A stretch of DNA of 64,000 bases, taken from assembly GCA_905182785.1 (NCBI GenBank), contig CAJJDF010000015.1, positions 3,555 through 67,554 on the forward strand. Reading direction: 5' to 3'. Below the pieces are notes generated by a model. That model did not search any database, was not told the origin of the DNA, and saw only the letters and a list, made by a program, of their open reading frames with translations. Shown here in pieces: positions 1-7,548 of this stretch; position 1 is the stretch's first letter; every line of letters begins with the position of its first letter. Both the position numbers and the translations under genes were made by a program. Origin of the DNA: an uncultured Flavobacteriales bacterium (GTDB lineage Bacteria; Bacteroidota; Bacteroidia; Flavobacteriales_D; CAJJDF01).

Positions 1-1137
1 TTCAATTTTTTCTTCAGGCTGCAATCTAATTATTAACTTGTTCCGATCAATTTTATTCCCTGAGGGGAAAACATTGTGAGGGACTCTTTTAAAGTTAATA
101 ACAATCTCAGAAAATCTTCTTTTCATTCTTTTTCCTGTTCTGAGGTAAAAAGGAACGCCAGCCCATCTCCAATTATCTACATAAGTTCGTAAAGCTACAA
201 ATGTTTCAGTTTCAGAGTCAAATGTATCAATATCTTCTTGGTAAGACTGAACGTATTTATCATCAATTTCCCCCCTAGTATATTGTCCTTTTACTATTCC
301 TTTATTCACAGTGTTTTTATCAAAAGGACGAAGAGCTTTAAGGACTTTTAATTTTTCATCTCTAACGTTATCTGCGTTTAGTTTTGCTGGAGGTTCCATT
401 GCCACTATACATAGAAGTTGTAACAAATGATTTTGAACCATATCTTTTAAAGCTCCAAATTTATCATAATAGCCTTTTCTAGTTCCCACTCCTAAAGATT
501 CTGAAGCAGTTATTTGAACATTGTCAATGTTTTCTGCATTCCAAGCTAGTTCAAATATTTGATTAGCAAATCTTAATACCATTAAGTTTTGAACGGTTTC
601 TTTTCCTAGATAATGGTCTATTCTATATATCTGTTTTTCTTCAAAATACTTTCTGACATCTTTGTTTAATTGTTCGAATGTATTCAGGTCAGAGCCAAGA
701 GGTTTTTCTAAAACTATTTTGGAAGCTTCATTGATTATTCCATTTTCTGCAAGGTACTTTGAAATAGTACCAAATAGAGTAGAAGAAGTAGAATAATAAA
801 AAACGTCTTGTTCCATTTTTTTTTGAGCTAATTCTTTAGCAAGTACAATGTAATCTTTGCTATCCGTTAAGTCCATCTTGAGATAGCTTAACATGTTCTT
901 TATTTTCTCTAAAATAGATTTCTCTAAATCAGGAATATGAAGTGTTAAGTGTTCTTCTAATAACGTAAAAAATGAATTTACATCATTGGTATTCCTTGAA
1001 ACTACTATGATGTTGGTTTCAGTAATTAATTGGTTGCCTTTTACTCGGTAGTAAATTGCAGGAAATATCTTCCTGAAAGCGAGATCTCCATCTCCTCCAA
1101 AGATGATGAGATTAGTTTTGTAAAGTGTTTTAGTCAT
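1..1137 (-). CDS. zwf: glucose-6-phosphate dehydrogenase (partial; C-terminus lies beyond the left edge)
   Basis: Absent from the ORF track because it is open at the window edge. The minus-strand frame is open from base 1 to the ATG at 1135-1137 (379 codons). The translation starts MTKTLYKTNLIIFGGDGDLAFRKIFPAIYY (GxxGDLxxRK dinucleotide site) and contains EEKQIYRIDHYLGKETVQN (the RIDHYLGKE G6PD signature, encoded around 600-650). Confidence 0.9.
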   Translation of the reverse strand, partial: MTKTLYKTNLIIFGGDGDLAFRKIFPAIYYRVKGNQLITETNIIVVSRNTNDVNSFFTLLEEHLTLHIPDLEKSILEKIKNMLSYLKMDLTDSKDYIVLAKELAQKKMEQDVFYYSTSSTLFGTISKYLAENGIINEASKIVLEKPLGSDLNTFEQLNKDVRKYFEEKQIYRIDHYLGKETVQNLMVLRFANQIFELAWNAENIDNVQITASESLGVGTRKGYYDKFGALKDMVQNHLLQLLCIVAMEPPAKLNADNVRDEKLKVLKALRPFDKNTVNKGIVKGQYTRGEIDDKYVQSYQEDIDTFDSETETFVALRTYVDNWRWAGVPFYLRTGKRMKRRFSEIVINFKRVPHNVFPSGNKIDRNKLIIRLQPEEKIE

Positions 1138-1148
1138 AATTTGTTAGA

Positions 1149-1156
1149 CAAATATA
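1149..1156 (-). promoter_or_regulatory. candidate Bacteroidota -7 promoter box for zwf
   Basis: The minus strand reads TATATTTG (consensus TAnnTTTG) 11 nt upstream of the zwf ATG. This rests on a single motif. Confidence 0.3.
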
Positions 1157-1160
1157 GGGA

Positions 1161-1185
1161 AGTTATTGTAAACAAAACAATAAGT
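1161..1185. promoter_or_regulatory. candidate operator palindrome (ACTTATTGT-N7-ACAATAAGT family)
   Basis: The plus strand reads AGTTATTGT-aaacaaa-ACAATAAGT, so one arm is perfect and the other matches 8/9. It lies 24-48 nt upstream of the zwf ATG and ends 4 nt upstream of the putative -7 box. It has the same arms and the same 7-nt spacer as 18133-18157. Confidence 0.5.
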
Positions 1186-1234
1186 CTGATTAGGGATTTA
1201 ACACAATCAATTTTGTATAAATAAATTGGTGGGC

Positions 1235-2101
1235 TTAAATCTTGATAGTCTCCTTTTCAGAGTGGTATTGAGTTAACTCTTCTATCGGGCATCTAGTTAT
1301 TTTTTTTATCTCCATACCGTGTTTTTCTGCAACTTCTTCTAAAATATCTCTATAAAAATATGCTATAGACCCGACAAAACCTAATGGATATTTTTTATAA
1401 TTTTTATACGGCAAGATTCTTACCTCAAAGAAATTATTAAAACCCTTGACAATTATATTTCTTAGTTCAGGATAATCAAGTTTATTATGATAAAACCTAG
1501 CAAAGTTAGCTAGAAATACATTAGGGTTTTTCTCTCTGTATGTTGTATTAAGTATTTGATCCTTTGTTAATTTAAATTGTTCTTCAAATAAAAGATGCAA
1601 ATCAGGGTGTAAACTTCCACTTAAATATAGTTTTACAAGTTCAATTCCAAGATATGAACCACTTCCTTCATCACCAAAAATATAACCATGAGAAGCAATG
1701 TTTTCTATTTCATTTCCATTTTCCCAAGTACAAGAATTAGCTCCAGTACCCAATATACATGCAATCCCTGTTGAATCTCCTAAAGTAGATCTTGCTGCAG
1801 CAATTAAATCATGATTTACATGAATTTGTGCTTTAATAAATTGAGGTTGTAAAGCATTTTTAATAATTAAATTTTTCTCTTCAGAAGAGCAACCTGCACC
1901 ATAATAATGGACGTCTGTTACTTTCGAAAAATCGATTCTACATTCTAAAAAAACCCTATGCATTTCATTGAAGATCACTTCAGAAGTTTGAAAATAAGGA
2001 TTGAATCCAATAGTTTTTATTCTCTTTATTACGGTTGATTGATCGTCTATGACCACCCAATCCGTTTTTGTAGATCCACTATCAGCAATTACTTTGTACA
2101 T
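1235..2101 (-). CDS. BadF/BadG/BcrA/BcrD-type ATPase, N-acetylglucosamine-kinase-like sugar kinase (candidate glucokinase of the cluster)
   Basis: 288 aa. The N-terminal ADSGSTKTDW phosphate-binding motif plus ILGTGANS and FGDEGSGSYLG are typical of the ASKHA NAGK/BadF family. It lies 4 nt downstream of the GH gene. Confidence 0.7.
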   Translation of the reverse strand: MYKVIADSGSTKTDWVVIDDQSTVIKRIKTIGFNPYFQTSEVIFNEMHRVFLECRIDFSKVTDVHYYGAGCSSEEKNLIIKNALQPQFIKAQIHVNHDLIAAARSTLGDSTGIACILGTGANSCTWENGNEIENIASHGYIFGDEGSGSYLGIELVKLYLSGSLHPDLHLLFEEQFKLTKDQILNTTYREKNPNVFLANFARFYHNKLDYPELRNIIVKGFNNFFEVRILPYKNYKKYPLGFVGSIAYFYRDILEEVAEKHGMEIKKITRCPIEELTQYHSEKETIKI

Positions 2102-2105
2102 ATAA

Positions 2106-3368
2106 TTAAATTATTTTAAAAGGAATATTTCCTGTTGCTACATTCCCATTTCCATCATGAACAAAAAGGAATAGTCTATATTCACCTTTTTCTGGGGCTT
2201 TAAATTTTATTTTGTTCTTCTTTTGATCACTTTTATTAATTATTCCTTTTAACGGTTTAGGAGATCTTTCCTTATCACCACCTGTTTTTTTATCAGTACT
2301 CTCAGGAATAATTTGCCATTCATACCTTAGTTCATCTCCATCCTTATCTACTATTTCAACAGAAGCAGTCATTTGTTCATTTTCCAGAACAGTAACATTG
2401 TTAGATGAAGTTTTGGAATTTATCATGAAGTTATTAATTGAAGGAGCGAAATTTTTTGGATCCGCATTATTCCAACTTTTTATCAGAACATCCATTACTT
2501 CAGTTTCATCTCCATCTTCTGTAAAGAGTCCAAACCATGTAGAAGTATGTTCTTGTTTTTGTCCCCAAAGAAATACATAAGATCCAAGGCAATTGACCGT
2601 ATCAGAATTAATAGCTTTCATACTTTTATTGTAAGTCTCAGCTTTCTCAGTACTAGTTTGTTCTATGGATGCGCCCCATTTGGTTTTACTTACTTCCCAC
2701 CAACCATATGGTCCCCATTCGGCAACTACATAAGCTTTTTTCCAACCATATACTTTAATAGCTTCTGGTAAATAAGAAATATCACCATATGTATTAACTC
2801 CTAAGATATCTAGACTAGGAACGTACTTATTGATTAATTTCACTTCTGCAACATCTAAACCAGCTGTAACAGACATTGTAGGATGATTAGGATCTTCTTC
2901 ATGAATCATTTTACACAATTGCTCTAGGTATTTCCAAACATCAAAGTTTGTATAATCCAAATCCATTTCATTTCCAACCCCCCATAATAGAATAGCTGGA
3001 TGATCTTTGTATTTTCTTATAATTCTCCTGAATTCATTAAGTTGTGCTTTCACTGCACCTTCATTAGAATAATCGAAGCCTTGTCTTTCTTGCCCCATCC
3101 AAATACCGAATGTAACAGTAATTCCATTTTTATGAGCTTCGTCTAAAACTTTGTCAGTATTAGCATCTATCCCCCAAGTTCTTATTGAGTTTCCTCCATA
3201 AGATTTTAGCTTTTCCAATTCTACTGTTCCTCCAGCTCCCTTTATGAAATAAGGGGTGCCGTCTTTTAATAATTGAAATCCATTTTCTGTGGTTTTTACT
3301 TCAACTTTTGAAGAAAAACCAGTTATACAACTGAAACTTACTATAAGATATAATAGAATGATTTTCAT
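2106..3368 (-). CDS. secreted clan GH-A (beta/alpha)8 glycoside hydrolase with a C-terminal Ig-like domain; candidate endo-beta-1,3-glucanase (GH158-like?)
   Basis: 420 aa with a signal peptide. The NSIRTWG and LLWGVGNEMD (acid/base NE) motifs and a later VVAEWGP (candidate nucleophile E) fit a GH-A TIM barrel. The last ~100 aa (VTVLENEQMTASVEIVDKDGDELRYEWQ...) look like a beta-sandwich. The family number is unverified. Confidence 0.6.
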   Translation of the reverse strand: MKIILLYLIVSFSCITGFSSKVEVKTTENGFQLLKDGTPYFIKGAGGTVELEKLKSYGGNSIRTWGIDANTDKVLDEAHKNGITVTFGIWMGQERQGFDYSNEGAVKAQLNEFRRIIRKYKDHPAILLWGVGNEMDLDYTNFDVWKYLEQLCKMIHEEDPNHPTMSVTAGLDVAEVKLINKYVPSLDILGVNTYGDISYLPEAIKVYGWKKAYVVAEWGPYGWWEVSKTKWGASIEQTSTEKAETYNKSMKAINSDTVNCLGSYVFLWGQKQEHTSTWFGLFTEDGDETEVMDVLIKSWNNADPKNFAPSINNFMINSKTSSNNVTVLENEQMTASVEIVDKDGDELRYEWQIIPESTDKKTGGDKERSPKPLKGIINKSDQKKNKIKFKAPEKGEYRLFLFVHDGNGNVATGNIPFKII

Positions 3369-3372
3369 TTTT

Positions 3373-4176
3373 TTATTGATTTTGATAAACTCTAACGTAA
3401 TCTATTTCCATATATTGAGCCGTTTGAAGAGATGTGTTACTTACATTTCCTCCTAAGTTTCCCCCAACGGCTGTATTTAATAATAAATGAAATTCAGCAT
3501 CAAAAGGCCAAGTTGCACTAATTGTAGAATTTGTTCTTAATACTTTGTAAGTTTCTACATCATCAATGAACCAAACAATACTATTAGCATCCCATTCAAT
3601 TGTATATTTATGAAATAGATTGTCATAAGCCATCGGTTCTGTTTCTCCAAGTTGCCTGTGGTTTCCTAGATTGTCGGCAAAGTGTATCGTGTTAAAAATT
3701 TCAGTACCCCTATTTCCTACAAATTCCATAATGTCAATTTCACCACTAGTAGGCCACCCATTCTCAGGATTGGTTGGAAGCATCCAGAGCGCATGCCATA
3801 ATCCACCTGCATCTGACATCCTGATTGAAGCTTCAATCTTCCCATATTTAAAGTCACCTTTATTTAAAGAGCGTATTCTTCCTGAGGTATAATCAAAACC
3901 AGCAAAAGTTTCTTTAATGGATTTTATTTTTAATATTCCCCCAGATACAGTTACATTTTCTTTTCTGTAGTATTGTTCTTCATTATTTCCCCATCTATAT
4001 AGCCCATAAGTTGTACCATCCCCGATTTGAGTTTCCCATTTATTCAAGTCTAAATCACTTCCATTAAATTCATCTTGCCAAACTATGCTGGATTTTTTTT
4101 CAATTGGATCACTTTGTTTGCAATTATAGATTGTTGCAATTATACAAAGAAAGTATATAATAGATTTGTTTCTCAT
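3373..4176 (-). CDS. GH16 endo-beta-1,3-glucanase (laminarinase), lipoprotein
   Basis: 267 aa. Contains the catalytic GH16 motif GEIDIMEF (ExDxxE) and W/G-rich jelly-roll motifs. The signal peptide ends ...IYNC. Confidence 0.9.
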   Translation of the reverse strand: MRNKSIIYFLCIIATIYNCKQSDPIEKKSSIVWQDEFNGSDLDLNKWETQIGDGTTYGLYRWGNNEEQYYRKENVTVSGGILKIKSIKETFAGFDYTSGRIRSLNKGDFKYGKIEASIRMSDAGGLWHALWMLPTNPENGWPTSGEIDIMEFVGNRGTEIFNTIHFADNLGNHRQLGETEPMAYDNLFHKYTIEWDANSIVWFIDDVETYKVLRTNSTISATWPFDAEFHLLLNTAVGGNLGGNVSNTSLQTAQYMEIDYVRVYQNQ

Positions 4177-4225
4177 GTGTTATTAATTTTACACTTCAAG
4201 TTAGTAAAAATAAAAGCAAAAAAAA

Positions 4226-4249
4226 ACACAGCAACTGCTGTGTTTTTTT
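4226..4249 (-). terminator. rho-independent (bidirectional-looking) terminator after the 610-aa T9SS protein gene
   Basis: The stem ACACAGC/GCTGTGT has a 4-nt loop and is flanked by an A-run (4218-4226) and a T-run (4243-4249). It lies 11 nt downstream of the stop at 4260. Confidence 0.6.
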
Positions 4250-4259
4250 AATTGTAAGT

Positions 4260-6092
4260 CTAGTTTTTTACAACTCGCTTATTTGCTACTCCATTGTTAG
4301 TTATGGCTTTAATTATGTATATTCCAGAAGGATAATTTATTGCATTAATTTTAACTTTATTAGAGTTAGGATTTGATGTTTCAATTAGTTTCCCTTTTAA
4401 GTCATAGATATCAATTTGATTAATGATATTTCCGCCATTAGTAATGTTCCAGGTATTAGATGTTGGATTAGGGTAAACATTTAAGTTCTCTATTGCCAAC
4501 TCTCTGGCTCCTGCATAATTTCCTCCCCATTTAACATCATCAAAATAGTAAACTTTACCAGAACCAGCATTATTAAAATCAAAGAAAATAGAAGCTTTGT
4601 TGTAAACCCAACCACCTGCTAAACCAGTAGCAAGAGCAGCTGTCCCAGTAGCTTCATTAGAAAAGTTAAAGTTTAATATTTCCCATCCACCATTTATTGT
4701 GGTAGTTGCTTCTGTTTCACAGGTGTGTGTTACGTCATTCGCATCTTCAACTTTAAGTCTGATAACTGTATTTGAGTCTGGAGACCAAACTCTTACATTC
4801 ATTGTGTGATCAGTTGTAGAAAATGGAAGTAAAGTAGCAAAGCCAGTAGCAGTTCCAATAGTAGTACCTGCCCATGTTTGAGATCCGGCAGTTTTAGTAA
4901 CTTCCATTACATGATTTGTTGCACTTGTTGGATCTACTACTAACATAGAAGCGTTTCCCCCAAAATCAGTCATTGTATAATCAACATTAGTATCTTCAAA
5001 AGTAACAATTAAATCAATTTGTAATTTTGACGGAGGTGGAGGTGGAGAAGTTGTATCCCCTCCAAACATTACATCATCAAAATAGAAAGTATCTAGAGCC
5101 CCAGCTGTATTAAAGTCCATGAATATAGAAGCTTTGTCGTAGGTATTAGCAACATTAAGAGCAGCTGTTCCAGTTGCTTGGTTAGCAAAATCAAAAGTTA
5201 AAGTATCCCAACCTCCAGCAGTAACAGTTAATGCTTCAGTTTCACAAGTGATAGTTGCGCTAGTTGCATCTTCTACTTTTAATCTGATAGGCGTCCCTGT
5301 AGCAGCTGACCATACTCTTACTGTCATTTTTTGATCAGTAGCAGTAAAAGGAATAGCAGTTGCAAAACCAGTAGCAGTTCCAATAGTAGTACCCGCCCAA
5401 GTTTGTGCTCCAGCAGTTTTGATAACTCTCATTACTTTATTAGTAGCACTAGTAGGATCAACGACAAGATTAGAGGCATTACCACCAAAATCAGTCATTG
5501 TGTAATTTACAGTAGAACCTTCAAAAGTAACAGGTAAGTCGATTTGAGTTAAAGCAGGAGGAGGTGCTAAAGGTCCAGAAATAGAAACTGAATCTAATCC
5601 TATTCCTAAAGCAGAAGTGTTCCTTAATGAAATAATGTATACCATTGAAAGACATCCGGCAGGAGTTGTAATTGAATCCATATAAAGAGTTAATGAAGTA
5701 CCACTAAATGTTTGATAAGCAGTATAACTTCCAACATATGAAGAGTTAGTTATATCATAACATCTAACTCTAACTGAAGCTGTATCAGCAGCACCAGGTC
5801 CACCTGCAGCCCACATATTAATAGTATACTTTGTATTTGGTGTAACAGCAAAAGACTGAGTAGTCAATCTTTTATGAGATGTTGTAGCATTTACTATATT
5901 TGCAAATGAAGTTCCGTGTATTGCACCTAAAGATACTTGAGTAACATTTGAAGCTGAAATACTAGTTGTAGGTCCAAACCAATCTGTTGGATTTCCTGAA
6001 GCCCATGAAGATAAATCGCTTTGAAAAACGACTTGTGCAAATGACAGATTAGTAATTAATGCTAACGTGAATAAAGTAATTAATTTTTTCAT
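4260..6092 (-). CDS. T9SS-secreted non-catalytic protein with three beta-sandwich (CBM-like) modules
   Basis: 610 aa. It has a signal peptide, an N-terminal module (aa ~21-175), two duplicated modules separated by Pro-rich linkers (APPPA, TSPPPPPS), and a C-terminal ~75 aa matching the T9SS sorting-domain pattern (LNVYPNPTSNTWNI...IYDLKGKLI...GIYIIKAITNNG). I recognised no catalytic motif. Confidence 0.75.
   Translation of the reverse strand: MKKLITLFTLALITNLSFAQVVFQSDLSSWASGNPTDWFGPTTSISASNVTQVSLGAIHGTSFANIVNATTSHKRLTTQSFAVTPNTKYTINMWAAGGPGAADTASVRVRCYDITNSSYVGSYTAYQTFSGTSLTLYMDSITTPAGCLSMVYIISLRNTSALGIGLDSVSISGPLAPPPALTQIDLPVTFEGSTVNYTMTDFGGNASNLVVDPTSATNKVMRVIKTAGAQTWAGTTIGTATGFATAIPFTATDQKMTVRVWSAATGTPIRLKVEDATSATITCETEALTVTAGGWDTLTFDFANQATGTAALNVANTYDKASIFMDFNTAGALDTFYFDDVMFGGDTTSPPPPPSKLQIDLIVTFEDTNVDYTMTDFGGNASMLVVDPTSATNHVMEVTKTAGSQTWAGTTIGTATGFATLLPFSTTDHTMNVRVWSPDSNTVIRLKVEDANDVTHTCETEATTTINGGWEILNFNFSNEATGTAALATGLAGGWVYNKASIFFDFNNAGSGKVYYFDDVKWGGNYAGARELAIENLNVYPNPTSNTWNITNGGNIINQIDIYDLKGKLIETSNPNSNKVKINAINYPSGIYIIKAITNNGVANKRVVKN
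4518..5552 (-). repeat. intragenic tandem duplication of a ~165-170-aa module
   Basis: aa 181-345 (5058-5552) and aa 356-525 (4518-5027) of the 610-aa protein align end to end at roughly 60-70% identity by eye. Shared blocks include YTMTDFGGNAS, LVVDPTSATN, QTWAGTTIGTATGFAT, IRLKVEDA, CETEA, ATGTAAL, KASIF and YFDDV. Confidence 0.8.
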
Positions 6093-6101
6093 AATATTTG
6101 T

Positions 6102-7436
6102 TTACTTATTTGTTTTTATTATTATTTTTCTTTTGTAGTTCCCATTTTCATCTTTTATTTGAATGAAATAAGATCCCGGATTTAAAGATTTTAGGCTAAC
6201 ATTTGTTTTTAAAGATTTTATCCCGTTTAATTGAATTAATTTTCTTCCAGAAATACTAAAAACTATAATTTGCTCTATTTCATTTTCAGATGAAATAGTT
6301 AATTGATCTATGAAAGGATTAGGAAATACATTTACTTGGTTATCTATCTGTTTTTCGTTAATTCCTGCAGAAGCATTAAATGATAAACTGAAATTATCTA
6401 AGAAAATAGAATCTTCTGTTGCAGTAGTGGAGTTTAACAAGAACACAAATTTCTCTATCGAAGTAGCATTAGGAATACTAAAGAGATCCATTGTAAAACT
6501 TTCCCAAGTAGGTGAAGAGGAAGTAGTGAATGATTGATCTAATAAATCGACACCCATTGCATCTTGAAATACTATTTTAAAGTCATATGCTCCAGCTGGG
6601 CTATACAATTGAATTTTGGCTTCGTTAAATTTTGATGTATTAAAAGGGTATAAAATTGTTCCTCCAAAAGCACCATCATTTGTTGGTGGTACATATTTCG
6701 TAAATTTCCCACATGTTTTAGAGGTATTAATACCAGAAGTTACAGGATTTATTTCAAACTGGCTATGTGTACCATTTGCAAAATCAAACGTTACATTTCT
6801 TTGACATTCATAATCATCCACAATTGAAGAATCTTTAGGTGTTCCTAAACACGGGTCTATTAAAGTAGGCCCCATTAAATCATCAAACAAATAAGTGTCA
6901 GAGTTAAAAGAATTAGGGTCAAATAACAAAACCAATTGATTAATATTTGTATCTGAAACAGTTAGGTCGGGGGAGTTTACTAAATTAAAAGTAAGAGTTT
7001 CCCAAGCATTGGAAACAGTTGTTACAGCCGTATACTCGCTATGTCTACCAGTAGGATAGTTTGTTGGGCCTGCGGAAGTATTATCTTCCAATGTAATTTG
7101 TAGTGTTTTTCCAATAGATGTACTGTATACTTTTAGTGTCATTTTCTTGGTTCCAGCTCTATAATCTGCAACACTTGCAATCTTTGTAAGTCCAATTGGA
7201 TTAATTAATATTACATCATATTGTGAAGCTCCATCTCTAGTGTATTGAGCGCATTTTGCACTTGTGTTTACCCCTGTAGTAGAAGGGTTAGAAAATGACT
7301 CGTTAAAAACGGATCCATTAAAGAAAGGATAGGTAACTTTTCCGATGTTATCAAAACCATCCCAATTTGACTGAGAAATTGAGTTAAATGAAAAGGAAAG
7401 AGCTACAGAAATTAGTAAGAAGTTAAAGTGTTTCAT
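6102..7436 (-). CDS. T9SS-secreted non-catalytic protein with two CBM-like modules
   Basis: 444 aa with a signal peptide. Two modules each end in a ...Y/I-(F/L)LD(D/N)- strand (TYLFDDLMG, SIFLDNFSL). The C-terminal sorting domain reads VNVFPNPFIDQLTISS...GSYFIQIKDENGNYKRKIIIK. Confidence 0.7.
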   Translation of the reverse strand: MKHFNFLLISVALSFSFNSISQSNWDGFDNIGKVTYPFFNGSVFNESFSNPSTTGVNTSAKCAQYTRDGASQYDVILINPIGLTKIASVADYRAGTKKMTLKVYSTSIGKTLQITLEDNTSAGPTNYPTGRHSEYTAVTTVSNAWETLTFNLVNSPDLTVSDTNINQLVLLFDPNSFNSDTYLFDDLMGPTLIDPCLGTPKDSSIVDDYECQRNVTFDFANGTHSQFEINPVTSGINTSKTCGKFTKYVPPTNDGAFGGTILYPFNTSKFNEAKIQLYSPAGAYDFKIVFQDAMGVDLLDQSFTTSSSPTWESFTMDLFSIPNATSIEKFVFLLNSTTATEDSIFLDNFSLSFNASAGINEKQIDNQVNVFPNPFIDQLTISSENEIEQIIVFSISGRKLIQLNGIKSLKTNVSLKSLNPGSYFIQIKDENGNYKRKIIIKTNK

Positions 7437-7464
7437 TCTATTAGTTAAAAATTAATTTTAAAAT

Positions 7465-7511
7465 ACTTATTGTAAATTTAACTATTACTTATTGTTTAAA
7501 TTACAATTACT
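7465..7511. promoter_or_regulatory. two overlapping degenerate copies of the ACTTATTGT-N7-ACAATAAGT motif
   Basis: 7465-7489 reads ACTTATTGT-aaattta-ACTATTACT (right arm 6/9). 7487-7511 reads ACTTATTGT-ttaaatt-ACAATTACT (right arm 7/9). Both lie 29-75 nt upstream of the 444-aa gene start, in the only sizeable gap inside the cluster. Confidence 0.35.
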
Positions 7512-7548
7512 ATTGACGAATATAGAATAAAAATTGATGAATACCAAT

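Noticed and set aside
1030-1224. A 64-aa plus-strand ORF.
   Set aside because: It is antisense to the zwf 5' end and runs through the zwf promoter/operator region. The zwf reading frame is unambiguous.
2398-2771. Two plus-strand ORFs (60 and 74 aa). Similar short antisense ORFs occur throughout the GH/T9SS genes (3671-3892, 5331-5537, 6310-6804, 9051-9573, 9774-10034, 10164-10367, 12195-12437, 13011-13211, 14701-14937).
   Set aside because: All are nested antisense in longer ORFs that have strong motif or signal-peptide support. AT-rich genomes generate many such frames.
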